Origin: a virus
Taxonomy: Duplodnaviria; Caudoviricetes
DNA length: 64,000 bases
IMG/VR virus record: IMGVR_UViG_2721755486_000003
Direction: 5' to 3' (one strand)
Notes under the pieces: generated by a model
Told to the model about the DNA's origin: nothing
Databases searched by the model: none
The model's input: only the letters and a program-made list of their open reading frames with translations
Program-made: the position numbers and the translations under genes
Shown: piece after piece, positions 18,716 through 27,590 of the stretch
Numbering within the stretch: the first letter of the stretch is position 1
Layout: each line of letters starts with the position of its first letter

Positions 18716-18915
18716 CGCTGGACGAATATCGACAGGCCCGCGCGGCCATACAGGTCGAACGTTACCCCGGCACCGCCCCGTCTCTCGACGACTGGGACCC
18801 TGTCATGGTGGCCGGCGCGCTGGTAAGCCTGCGGCGCCCGCGCACTCTGGTGTGCAGCCCACAGGGACTGGCGGACCTCTTCCCGTGTCTCGCTCGCAAG
18901 TCGGAGGCTCCATGA
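18703..18915 (+). CDS. Hypothetical protein
   Basis: GGAGG RBS, coupled. Confidence 0.55.
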   Translation: MRELTLDEYRQARAAIQVERYPGTAPSLDDWDPVMVAGALVSLRRPRTLVCSPQGLADLFPCLARKSEAP

Positions 18916-19448
18916 AGCGCCTGATCACCCAGACCCTCGTCGGCGAGGCCGGCGCCATCCTCTCGGACTGCGAGCAGTACCGCTACCGCCTCTGGCGCGA
19001 GTGGGACAGCAGCCGGCCGGCGCTCGGCTTCATCATGCTCAACCCGTCGACGGCAGACCACGAGGTCGACGACCCGACCATCACCCGGTGCCTGCAGCGC
19101 GCGATCGCCGGCAAGTACGGCCGCCTGGAAGTGGTCAACCTCTTCCCGCTGCGCTCGACCGATCCGGACGGGTTGCTGACGCACCCGGCCCCGCTGGGCG
19201 AGCGCGCGGACCAGAACGACGGCGCCATCATGGACGCGATCGACCGGTGCGCGATGGTCATCTGCGCCTGGGGCGCCCACAAGGCGGCGCCGGCGCGCGC
19301 GGCCGAGGTGCTGCGCATCGTCCGGATGTGCGGCCGCGGGAAGCTGCTCTATCACCTCGGGCTGAACCAGGACGGCAGCCCGAAGCACCCGCTCTACATC
19401 GCGGCCAAGACGCGGCCGCAACCATTCAAGCCAGAGGATCAATCGTGA
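18912..19448 (+). CDS. DUF1643-family protein
   Basis: YRYRLWREW, FIMLNPSTAD, DDPTI, VNLF, AWG, PKHPLY. Confidence 0.88.
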   Translation: MKRLITQTLVGEAGAILSDCEQYRYRLWREWDSSRPALGFIMLNPSTADHEVDDPTITRCLQRAIAGKYGRLEVVNLFPLRSTDPDGLLTHPAPLGERADQNDGAIMDAIDRCAMVICAWGAHKAAPARAAEVLRIVRMCGRGKLLYHLGLNQDGSPKHPLYIAAKTRPQPFKPEDQS

Positions 19449-19621
19449 CAGAGCAACAGAAGAAGGCCATCCGCCGCGCCGCCGAGCTGTTGGACAGCAT
19501 CGCCAGCGAGATGGACGAGACCTTCATGGTTGGGCGCCGCTGGGAAGGCAGCGAAGCACAGAAACAGGACCGCGACGAGTACCGGAAGCTGGCCACAGCC
19601 CTGAGGGCCATCCCAGCATGA
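19445..19621 (+). CDS. Hypothetical protein
   Basis: GTGA/ATGA coupled. Confidence 0.55.
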   Translation: MTEQQKKAIRRAAELLDSIASEMDETFMVGRRWEGSEAQKQDRDEYRKLATALRAIPA

Positions 19622-19917
19622 CCGAAGCAGCAGCACAAGTGATCGAAACGACCCGGAAGGCCTGGGAGATGCAGATGGACAACCGACTGATGAGCGAGCA
19701 AGACCTGCGTGACGTAACCGGCCTGCGCCGGCACAAGCTGCAAGCGGCATGGCTTCAACGCCACTTCGGCCTGACGCCTGTCCAGCGCGCCGACGGCAGG
19801 ATCATCCTGACCTGGGCAGCCTTCGAGGCCCTGCAGGCCAAGCGCGCCGGCGTGCTACCGGGCGCTGCTCAACCGGACAACCGCCCGGCCCTCGTGCCCC
19901 TGCGGAGGGCCGCGTGA
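19618..19917 (+). CDS. Excisionase-like protein (DUF4224-like)
   Basis: LRDVTG..R...Q..WL...RADGR; directly upstream of int. Confidence 0.75.
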   Translation: MTEAAAQVIETTRKAWEMQMDNRLMSEQDLRDVTGLRRHKLQAAWLQRHFGLTPVQRADGRIILTWAAFEALQAKRAGVLPGAAQPDNRPALVPLRRAA

Positions 19918-21032
19918 ACGCCCGCCGCAGAACCAAGGCAGACGGCCTGCCGAGTCGGGTCTATGTGCGGCGCAACAGCTTCTTCTGGGTACGACCAACG
20001 GACGAGAAGTGGCTGAAGCTGTGCCGCGTGGCCGAGGGCGAGACGCTGATGTATGAGCGCCTGGCCGCCGAGAAGCGGAAGGTGGAAGTGGACGGCGACG
20101 AAGGCAGCATGTCCCGCCTCGTCGCCATCTACATGGACAAATTCGAGGGGCAGTACTCGGACACCTTCCGCGATGAGTGGAAGCGCCGCGGCGAGGATGT
20201 ACGGAAGGCATTCAAGCACCACAGCGTCGAGCAGGTGGACTCCGGCCTGATTGAGGACTTCCTGCTACAGAACTGGGCCGACAAGCTGCCGACGCAGCGT
20301 GCGATGAAAGGCTGGCTGTCCAAGTTCTTCGCCTGGGCCGTCCGGCGCCGCCACGCGCAGGTCAATCCCTGCCGCGAGGTCGAGGTCAAGAAGCCGACTG
20401 TGCGCGACGTCTACATCCCGCACGACCACTTCATGGCGATCCGCGCCGCGCTGGCCAGCTACAGCTACGAGAAGAAGATTAAGGGGAAGCTCCAGGTCAT
20501 CACCGCCAAGGTCCCGACCGGGCCGGAAATGCAGATCTTCGTCGACCTGTGCTACCTGACCTGCCAGCGCTCGACCGAGATTCGGCTGCTGCGTTGGTCG
20601 CAAGTGGATGAGCGCGCCGGCGTGATCCGGTTCAAGCCGACCAAGACGGAGAACAGCAGCGGTCAGGCGGTGGACTGGCCGATCACCCCCGAGATTGCCG
20701 CCGTCCTCCGGCGCGCGCGCGCACTGAGGCGGGAACTGACGGTCCAGCCGCTGCACGACTACGTCATCACGGATCGGAGGGGAAAGCCGAAGACCGCAGC
20801 GGCCTGCCGCGATGCCTGGCGAGACGGACTGGTCCGCTCGAAGCTGGAGAAGATGGACTACGTGGTGAAAGACATTCGCGCGAAGGCGCTCACCGATGCG
20901 TATCGGTCCGGCCACGGCATCGATGAGCTGCAGGTCGCCGGCGCCCATGCGGATCGGGCCACAACGGAGGACTACATCAAGCAGCGCGACGTGCCTGTTT
21001 CAGTCGTGCGCCTGCGTCTCCCTGCCGCGTAA
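19914..21032 (+). CDS. int: Tyrosine integrase of prophage 1
   Basis: TCQR, KPTKT, KDIRAK, AGAH, TTEDY catalytic residues; adjacent att. Confidence 0.92.
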   Translation: MNARRRTKADGLPSRVYVRRNSFFWVRPTDEKWLKLCRVAEGETLMYERLAAEKRKVEVDGDEGSMSRLVAIYMDKFEGQYSDTFRDEWKRRGEDVRKAFKHHSVEQVDSGLIEDFLLQNWADKLPTQRAMKGWLSKFFAWAVRRRHAQVNPCREVEVKKPTVRDVYIPHDHFMAIRAALASYSYEKKIKGKLQVITAKVPTGPEMQIFVDLCYLTCQRSTEIRLLRWSQVDERAGVIRFKPTKTENSSGQAVDWPITPEIAAVLRRARALRRELTVQPLHDYVITDRRGKPKTAAACRDAWRDGLVRSKLEKMDYVVKDIRAKALTDAYRSGHGIDELQVAGAHADRATTEDYIKQRDVPVSVVRLRLPAA

Positions 21033-21084
21033 TTTTGGACACTGTCCAAAATTCAGCATCTTTTGCGGACGGCAGAAAAGACGA

Positions 21085-21116
21085 AGGCCTCTGTAATCGA
21101 TTGATTACAGAGGCCT
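21085..21116. terminator. Hairpin between int and the tRNA fragment; contains IHF-consensus site
   Basis: AGGCCTCTGTAATC-gatt-GATTACAGAGGCCT; WATCAANNNNTTR match on minus strand; palindrome at 21031-21053 may be Int arm sites. Confidence 0.65.
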
Positions 21117-21119
21117 CAA

Positions 21120-21166
<47 letters not shown>

Positions 21167-21174
21167 ATACATAT

Positions 21175-21200
21175 GTAAGTGATATAAATCAATCACTTAC
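21175..21200. promoter_or_regulatory. att arm: inverted repeat with IHF-consensus site
   Basis: GTAAGTGAT-N8-ATCACTTAC; AATCAATCACTTA matches WATCAANNNNTTR. Confidence 0.6.
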
Positions 21201-21444
21201 GCAGATTCCTCTAACTTGCTGCGTAAAATTTAGGCACGGCGGCATGCGGGATCCCGGGCGATTCGGAGTGCATCTTAGACAGCATTTCGGGCCCTATGAA
21301 GGGAAAAGCGGCCCGCCTCGGCGGGGAGCGTTGACGGGCCAGAAGTCCAGCGGCGCGAGTCTACGCGGCATGGCTGACGAGCGCCTGACCGAGAAAGCGC
21401 GAGTTCCCACCGCTGTTCTCGCCAAGCTTGGCGCCTACGTTATA

Positions 21445-21460
21445 CTGTATATTCATACAG
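21445..21460 (+). promoter_or_regulatory. LexA (SOS) box
   Basis: CTGTATATTCATACAG = CTGT-N8-ACAG overlapping TATACT, 18 nt before ATG. Confidence 0.8.
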
Positions 21461-21478
21461 CATTCAGAATGCCCAACC

Positions 21479-21769
21479 ATGCTGCCATTAGCCGCTATCG
21501 AGTCTGCCATCCAGGATGCTCTCCCGCCTATCATCGCCCGTCACCGCTCAGCCGGGCACCTGACCTGGAAACTGCTTCACCAGATCGAGGACGAGGTTAT
21601 GTCGGAGGTGTCCGCAACCGGGAAAGTGGCGCCGATGATGCTTGCTGTGCTGAAGTCGTCGCCCTTCATGTCATTCCCACGGAATGACAGCGTGGCAGAC
21701 CTAAGCAAGCACGATGTCCTGCCGATCGCCTTCGCCCTGACCGCACAGGCATGGAACAAGCTCCATTGA
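21479..21769 (+). CDS. DUF2471-like protein
   Basis: LPPIIARHR..G.LTW.LLHQIEDEV motif recalled from Burkholderiales DUF2471. Confidence 0.7.
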   Translation: MLPLAAIESAIQDALPPIIARHRSAGHLTWKLLHQIEDEVMSEVSATGKVAPMMLAVLKSSPFMSFPRNDSVADLSKHDVLPIAFALTAQAWNKLH

Positions 21770-21779
21770 GGTGCCGGCC

Positions 21780-22040
21780 ATGCCCGCCTTCCTCGCCACA
21801 TCCATCTTCCTCGAAGCCGACTACCTGCCAGGTGACCGGGAGGAGATCCGGCTGCCCTGCTCCACCGTCGTGGTCCATAACGGCGCCGTGAGCGTGCGCG
21901 GCATTGAGACGCGCCACCTAGAAAGGCTCGGCTGGACGCCGGACGCGCTGTCCTTCGAAGTCGCCGGCGAGCATCACCGCTATCGCGTTGCCGCGCCATC
22001 GCTAGGCGGCGCGCTCACGGCCAAGTTCCCGATCAGGTAG
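21780..22040 (+). CDS. Hypothetical protein
   Basis: GAGG RBS; directly follows the previous gene. Confidence 0.6.
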   Translation: MPAFLATSIFLEADYLPGDREEIRLPCSTVVVHNGAVSVRGIETRHLERLGWTPDALSFEVAGEHHRYRVAAPSLGGALTAKFPIR

Positions 22041-22087
22041 AACCCCGTGCGTCGTTCTAGAATGGTTGCAAGTATGGGGGGATCAAC

Positions 22088-22297
22088 ATGGAAGACTCCG
22101 AGGAATGGAGGCGCCGGGTCGTCGCTGGAGGTCAGACTTTCTGCCCGGCATGCCAGTCAACTGACGTCACCATGGGCGCTTGCGCAATTGGCGCCCTGAC
22201 AGTTCACCAAGAATATACCTGCGAGGACTGTCAGCATGAATTCACGGCCCTCTTTGTCCTGGTCAGCTGCTATGCGGGCCATGAGACGGATAGCTAA
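22088..22297 (+). CDS. Small zinc-ribbon protein
   Basis: CPAC...CEDC; TAGAAT upstream. Confidence 0.65.
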   Translation: MEDSEEWRRRVVAGGQTFCPACQSTDVTMGACAIGALTVHQEYTCEDCQHEFTALFVLVSCYAGHETDS

Positions 22298-22379
22298 CGG
22301 CCGGTGAACGGCCCATATGTCAAGCCCGCTGTCGCATGGCCGCATCAGGGAATTTCCCGCATTCAAGCGACCGCTTGGC

Positions 22380-23160
22380 GCAAGCAAGAATTCCCCAGGG
22401 CTCGTTCGCAACGCCCGTCTTATTGGGCCCTCGGCTGAGCCAGCGAGGGCCCTTTTCTCTCCTGCGGTCACTGGAAACAATGACCCGATGCGGATACGGC
22501 GACTACGAATAATCCGCAGCATCACCCGTTCAAGGGTCGAATTGCGTGCGGTCGCCACGTAAAGTTGAACGCGGTCGCGCCCGGGGGTGCGACCGTCTTT
22601 TTTGCCCTCCGGCAGGTGGAGGGCATTTTTTCGTTGCCGCACGCACGTTATGTCCGCGCGTATAGACGCGCCGGCTCCCCCCCCAAGCGCAGACCTATGA
22701 CACACCACTCGTTAGTAGGGGGTATTTGTGAAAAATCTGTATTTATCCTGCCATCGGATCTTCGAACCAGGATCCGCGTTCGTTGCGCCCCGGCTTCCCG
22801 GCAGGGGCGCTTTTTTTTGAGTAACTGGCCGTCGGTCGCGAAGAGGCGTGGGCGGCGACGAGACTTTCTAGCAGAATCCGGCTGCGCGCGCCTCCCTGGG
22901 CGCGCGATCCCTAACTTGGGCCCGCCATCGAGCGGGCTTTTTTTTTAGCCTCTCCCAAGACGAAATCCGGCCTACCTGGCACGACTTCCAGGCATCACCG
23001 CTTACCACGTTCAGATTGTCAGACTCACGATCAAGGCTCCCGCCCGATGCAGGGTAGCGACGTCCGTGCGCCGCACCAAAAATGCCGCCTGGCAGCGCAC
23101 ATTGACCCCGTTGCCATTCCTGGGCGCATAGGGGCTCCCCGCACCTATGCGCTCTTTTTC
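22380..23160 (+). ncRNA. Putative cluster of small RNAs (six intrinsic terminators)
   Basis: GC hairpin + T-tract at 22425-22460, 22572-22603, 22603-22631, 22785-22818, 22920-22946, 23122-23159; no convincing CDS. Confidence 0.55.
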
Positions 23161-23265
23161 CCAATGCCCATCGTTCGCCACCGTTAGCGCCATAGGCTCG
23201 CTCGGAGGCCGGCGCCGGGTCCAGTCCTCAGTGCGTCCTCCCATCCATCCGCACGCCACAGAACA

Positions 23266-23523
23266 TCAGCCACCGGCGCTTGACCACGCGTCCACTGTCT
23301 TGCGGTGCCGCGCAGCGCAGTCGCCCAGCGCGCCCAGCACGGGCCCCATCACCCACGCCTGCCAAGCGTCGTAGTCGCCAGCTGCCGGCGCATCCGGCAC
23401 CTCGCACGGCGCCGCCAGCGCGCTATCGAGCGGCGGCGGCTTGCTTGGCTGCGTCGACGGCGTTGGAGAGCATGCGCACCCGGCCAGCATCAGGCCGGCA
23501 GTCAGCAGGCAAAGGCTTCGCAT
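23266..23523 (-). CDS. o-spanin (Rz1-like lipoprotein)
   Basis: Lipobox LAGC, Pro-rich, overlaps the Rz gene. Confidence 0.8.
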   Translation of the reverse strand: MRSLCLLTAGLMLAGCACSPTPSTQPSKPPPLDSALAAPCEVPDAPAAGDYDAWQAWVMGPVLGALGDCAARHRKTVDAWSSAGG

Positions 23524-23797
23524 TCTTCAGCTCCTTCTGGATGGCGTCGAGCCGGGTGCTCAGCGTCGACTGAATAGCGCGGTACTCGTCGGCCCGCGCG
23601 CGGATGCCAGCGCCGGCGGCGCGCAGCTCGCCCAGCGCCTGGTTTGCGGTCGCCACGTCAGCCTGGGCGCGCGCCGCAGTCAGTTCGGCCAGCTCGGCGT
23701 CCTTTCGCCAGCCATTGGTGACCCAGCCGGCTGCGAACAGAGCGCCGGCCAGCACCGCGGCGCCGGCAGAGCGCCCGTTCAAGGGAACGTCGATCAC
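23423..23797 (-). CDS. i-spanin (Rz-like)
   Basis: N-terminal TM, GW..NGWR, coiled coil; GTGA overlap with endolysin. Confidence 0.8.
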   Translation of the reverse strand: MIDVPLNGRSAGAAVLAGALFAAGWVTNGWRKDAELAELTAARAQADVATANQALGELRAAGAGIRARADEYRAIQSTLSTRLDAIQKELKNAKPLPADCRPDAGRVRMLSNAVDAAKQAAAAR

Positions 23798-24267
23798 AGC
23801 GCTCGCCTCCCCTCGCAGTACTCGCGCGCCAGGGCGCGACGGTTGACCAGGCCACGCACAGGCTTGCCGTTGACGTTGACCCACAGCGCCAAGGCCGCGC
23901 ACGCGCCGTCCATATCGCCGGCGTTCGCCCTCCGGGTCATACTGCTGCCGCAGAAAGCTGCCACGCCGATGTTGTAAGCCGTGTCGACGAAGGCCACCTT
24001 CTGGCCATCCGTCAGCGGCACGCGCACGCAGGCCATGACACCCTCCGCATGCCGTGCCAGATCCTTGTCGAGCTGGGCCCGGCACTCGGCCGGCGTGTAG
24101 GTCTTTCCCCACTGCGCGTTCTCGGTGGCGCCGTCGCAGTAGGTCAGCACGCCCCCGATGTCGCGGTAGGTCTTGTAGACGGTGCCCTCGTTCTTGGGCA
24201 CCAGCACCAGCAACGCAGCCGCCGCCGCAGCGCCGACCACGCCGACCAGCTTGGGATTGAGCGCCAT
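23794..24267 (-). CDS. SAR endolysin (T4-type lysozyme)
   Basis: Gly/Ala-rich N-terminal TM; E-8-D-5-T triad (EGTVYKTYRDIGGVLT); GLVNRR. Confidence 0.92.
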   Translation of the reverse strand: MALNPKLVGVVGAAAAAALLVLVPKNEGTVYKTYRDIGGVLTYCDGATENAQWGKTYTPAECRAQLDKDLARHAEGVMACVRVPLTDGQKVAFVDTAYNIGVAAFCGSSMTRRANAGDMDGACAALALWVNVNGKPVRGLVNRRALAREYCEGRRAL

Positions 24268-24268
24268 G

Positions 24269-24466
24269 TCACTCCTCCCGCTGCCGCACGCGCCGCCACG
24301 GTCGGATGACCTTCGTCCAGAAGAACTGGGCAATCAGCAGCAGCACGTAGAAAGCCGTCAGCCAGCTCGCCCAGTCGGACACGCTGTAGCCCATGAAGGT
24401 CATCACAGCGACTGGCGCGGCCGGCGCCACCTTGACAGCTTCGACTGCTATATCGGCTTGGTTCAT
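24269..24466 (-). CDS. Holin
   Basis: 65 aa, hydrophobic segments, basic C-terminus, precedes endolysin. Confidence 0.75.
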   Translation of the reverse strand: MNQADIAVEAVKVAPAAPVAVMTFMGYSVSDWASWLTAFYVLLLIAQFFWTKVIRPWRRVRQREE

Positions 24467-24477
24467 TGGTTTCCCGG

Positions 24478-24503
24478 AAAAAAAAGCCCACCTAGTGGTG
24501 GGC
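24478..24503 (-). terminator. Intrinsic terminator upstream of holin
   Basis: GCCCACC-acta-GGTGGGC + T8 on minus strand. Confidence 0.7.
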
Positions 24504-24697
24504 CATATCACAGAAAGAGCGCCTTGTCAGGACGGGAACATGTGCGCTCTGACGATAGTTTTTACTGCGTTGTTTCAAGTGCAACTTTCAACGGAATGCG
24601 CGCTAGGAAACTAGCAGCGCAAACGTCGATTCCCCTATTTGAGCTTCGCCGAATCGCAGAGACGATAGGCCTCATCATCAATCACCGGGAGAACCCC

Positions 24698-24769
24698 ATG
24701 GAAAAGATCACCAATCTCATTTTGAGTCTTTGTCTGCTTCTCGCCCTGCTTGCACTATTCAAGCGATGA
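24698..24769 (+). CDS. 23-aa hydrophobic peptide (type I toxin-like)
   Basis: MEKITNLILSLCLLLALLALFKR; GGAGA RBS; terminator at 24894-24932. Confidence 0.6.
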   Translation: MEKITNLILSLCLLLALLALFKR

Positions 24770-24930
24770 GCCAAGCCTGCAGCTGTGCCCCCCACACCGA
24801 CTCGACCGGTAGGCCGCCTGCAGGACACACTTCCACCACAACTCTCCGCGGGGCGCACCTAAACTGCACTCGTCACCGCTTGCGCTCTTGCGCGGGCTGG
24901 CCACCACACTGCTGGCCAGCCCTCTTCTTT

Positions 24931-25263
24931 TTACGCCCACACCCGGTAGGGAGTCCCAGGTACCGGTTCCACCAGCATGCCGGCCAGCGCAGTCTGCTCG
25001 GCTTCGGTCAGCGGGCGCGCCAGGCGCAGGTTGACGTGCCAGCCGGGCACCGCAGTCGGCGCCGCAATCACCTCGCCGTCCGGGCCCCAGTCGCCGCCCT
25101 CGTAGATCGTGCCGATGGTCGAGAGATTGACGCCATCAGCGGGCATGCGCTGAGGCTGGCCGTCCTCGCCTGGCATCTCAACCGTGAGGCTGGCCGCAAG
25201 CAACGCAGCACGCGTCGCGTCGCGGTCGGGGCCGCGCAGGTAGTAGTCGTGGTAGCTCGTCAT
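24931..25263 (-). CDS. Conserved partner of spike/fibre protein
   Basis: GWHVNLR and PYRVWA motifs; ATGA-coupled to fibre gene. Confidence 0.7.
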   Translation of the reverse strand: MTSYHDYYLRGPDRDATRAALLAASLTVEMPGEDGQPQRMPADGVNLSTIGTIYEGGDWGPDGEVIAAPTAVPGWHVNLRLARPLTEAEQTALAGMLVEPVPGTPYRVWA

Positions 25264-26441
25264 CGTGTGTTCGCCTGCATCGTGGAATTGGCGTCGCGCT
25301 TCGGGACATAGTTCACCCTGCGCAGTTGGCTATTGAGAATCTCGCCAGTGCCATTCCCATATGCCGTTCCCAGACGCATCTGGTTCACGGGCGGAACTTC
25401 CCCACTGGAGGCTGTCACCGGCACGCCACCATTGACGACCAATGAGAAGTCATTCGCCTTGTAGGCTAATGCCACCTTGGCGACGCTCCCTGCCACTAGC
25501 ACCGCCGTGTCGAGCATGCTCACGGCATATACACCGCCTACTGCTGAGATGCCCCCCATTTTCCCGCCATTGTTCATGTAAAGCACAAGGCGATTTGTCG
25601 TGGCTGTCCCATCGCTGAAAACAAGTACACCACGCGAGCTTCCGCCGATCTGCGGGACAACAAACTCGGCGTACACAGTTCCTTCTGTCGGGTTGTACCC
25701 GATCTTGCTTAGGTCACTGATGACTGCGCTGTCGGCGGCGCGGGTGGCTTGCGCCGACGTTGTCGGGACATGCGAAGTCCCGTTGATACCAGACTTCACA
25801 TCGGCGCCCCATAGATAGAGCGAGTCACCAGCATTTGCTGACCCGGCGTTGCGGGGATAGATGAAGACCTGGGCAGTCGCACCGGAGAAGCCCGTTCGAG
25901 TGATTTCCACAAGCGTCCATTCCGTCGTCGAGAGCCCGGACACCGAATATCGCGCCCCCACAGACTGCGCAATCGCACCTGGACCATAAGCAATCCGCGC
26001 GCTCTGCCCGGTCCCAGTCCACGAGCCGTCATAAATGCCCAACATCAACGTGTCTACCGTTCCCGCCGAGAGCCAAATGCGAAACACCCGGCTATCACCG
26101 CTCGCGACAGCACCGACCGTCTGCACTAAGTTCGTGAATGCCGTGGTACTCACAGTGAGCAACTGCGCTGCCGAAGTCCCGTCAGGTGCAAGGCGCCCAT
26201 CCGTGGAAATCACGCAGTTGCTCTTGTTCCACACAACGTTCGCCATGTTCGAAGAGTAGAGACACAGGTTCGTTCCCGCCTCTTCCAGCAATAGCCCCCG
26301 CGCAGCCAGTGTGATGGGGTCATAGTCAAAACGCGGCACGCCGGCCGCCGACTGCATCAGCACCCCACCGCTGCTGAAGGCCCAGCCGCTCGACGCGCGC
26401 GAGAAGGTGACGATGTCACCGAAGTTCTTGCTTACCAGCAT
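25260..26441 (-). CDS. Head-spike fibre-like protein (lectin/ConA-like domains)
   Basis: TFSRAS, PRFDYDP..GLLLE...TNL, TS.VPT...TRAAD motifs. Confidence 0.8.
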   Translation of the reverse strand: MLVSKNFGDIVTFSRASSGWAFSSGGVLMQSAAGVPRFDYDPITLAARGLLLEEAGTNLCLYSSNMANVVWNKSNCVISTDGRLAPDGTSAAQLLTVSTTAFTNLVQTVGAVASGDSRVFRIWLSAGTVDTLMLGIYDGSWTGTGQSARIAYGPGAIAQSVGARYSVSGLSTTEWTLVEITRTGFSGATAQVFIYPRNAGSANAGDSLYLWGADVKSGINGTSHVPTTSAQATRAADSAVISDLSKIGYNPTEGTVYAEFVVPQIGGSSRGVLVFSDGTATTNRLVLYMNNGGKMGGISAVGGVYAVSMLDTAVLVAGSVAKVALAYKANDFSLVVNGGVPVTASSGEVPPVNQMRLGTAYGNGTGEILNSQLRRVNYVPKRDANSTMQANTR

Positions 26442-26443
26442 CG

Positions 26444-26653
26444 TTATCCCTTTGCCTTGAAGACACCGACGACGCCGTAGGGCCACCCCGGGTCATCGGC
26501 CCAGGCGGCATAGCGATCGGTTACGAAGTTCAGATCCAGCGTTGGCGCGTTCGTGGCGGTGAAGTCGAGCAGCAGCGTGCCCTTGGACAGATCGTCCGCG
26601 TCATACTTTCCCGCGCGCCGTCGAGCGGCCAGCCCTAGGCTGAGGCCCAGCAT
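26444..26653 (-). CDS. Head-spike fibre N-terminal anchor peptide
   Basis: MLGLSLGL start resembles RcGTA Rcc01080 N-terminus (recalled); lies between spike base and fibre. Confidence 0.6.
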   Translation of the reverse strand: MLGLSLGLAARRRAGKYDADDLSKGTLLLDFTATNAPTLDLNFVTDRYAAWADDPGWPYGVVGVFKAKG

Positions 26654-26919
26654 CACAGCCCCACCAGGTCGGTTGCCGTCGTGCCACTGGCGTTGACACG
26701 CCGCGCACGGATCGGCAGCACCTCGCCGGCTGCGCAGTTCTTGAACAGCACCGAGGTGCCATCCAGGCGGACGGCCGACACGTCGCCGCCCGTGCCGACG
26801 CGGATGCTGTTGGCCACCACCGAGAAGTCCACCGAGTCGCTCGGCGTGATGGCGAAGTAGCTCTCGGACGGCGCGCCGATGGGCTTGGCCCAGCCGGCGA
26901 AAGGATCAGTTGCAGGCAT
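26653..26919 (-). CDS. Head-spike base protein (Rcc01079-like)
   Basis: AITPSD, VGTGGDV, GEVLPIRARRV.A.GTTATD.V.L. Confidence 0.8.
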   Translation of the reverse strand: MPATDPFAGWAKPIGAPSESYFAITPSDSVDFSVVANSIRVGTGGDVSAVRLDGTSVLFKNCAAGEVLPIRARRVNASGTTATDLVGL

Positions 26920-26979
26920 TGCCACTCCTGAAATGACAAAGCCGCCCGGAGGCGGCTGGATTGCTCAAGTGCCATCGCC

Positions 26980-27582
26980 CTATGCGGGCTTGACTGGCCA
27001 GTTAATCGCGCGCGGAAACTCAGCCTGATCCGGCACCGCGCGCAGGGCCTTCCGGTACTGGCTCAGCACCTTAAGCCGCGCCTCATCTGCGGCCAAGAGC
27101 TCGCCCAGCACAAAACCATCCATCAGGGGCGCGATCAGCCGGTCAGCCTCGGCCAGCAAATCGTCTCGCTGCGCGCGCGCAATGCTAGCGAGCTGCTGTG
27201 CCTCCACCGCTGCGTCAAGCTGCCACGCCTCGTCGCGCCACACATGCGCCGGGCCCGGCCTGGCCTCGTCGGTCAGGAACGCCGGCAGATCGCCGATACC
27301 GCTGTACTCTGCACCAGGCTCGAAACGGCTGCCGTCAGCGGTCCGATAGAGCGGCACCGCGCGGTAGTCGGGCATCGAAGTCCAGGCGCCATCCGGCCAG
27401 TTCTGCGGCACGCTACCGGTGGACGTGCGGAAAACTGCAATGCCGCGGCCGACGGGTGTCGGCGGCGCGTTCGGCGTCGCGTAGCCCGGCACGATGGGGT
27501 TGCCTGGATCCAACGGGCTCTCATCGGCCAGCCCTCTGCCAAGATACTCACCGGTGAGCGGGTGGTAGTTGTAGATTTCCAT
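26980..27582 (-). CDS. Tail fibre assembly protein
   Basis: IYNYHP.TGEY, YRKALRAVP, INWPVKP. Confidence 0.85.
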   Translation of the reverse strand: MEIYNYHPLTGEYLGRGLADESPLDPGNPIVPGYATPNAPPTPVGRGIAVFRTSTGSVPQNWPDGAWTSMPDYRAVPLYRTADGSRFEPGAEYSGIGDLPAFLTDEARPGPAHVWRDEAWQLDAAVEAQQLASIARAQRDDLLAEADRLIAPLMDGFVLGELLAADEARLKVLSQYRKALRAVPDQAEFPRAINWPVKPA

Positions 27583-27590
27583 GGATGTCC

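Noticed and set aside
22880-22916. CRISPR-repeat mimic (Racr) resembling type I-C repeats
   Set aside because: Only a generic CGCGCC/GGCGCG hairpin matches; the ATTGAAAC end is absent. Same for the weak look-alike at 3771-3802
22157-22948. Protein-coding ORFs 22157-22708, 22317-22562 and 22565-22948
   Set aside because: They run through multiple terminator hairpins, lack an evident RBS and have no recognisable motifs
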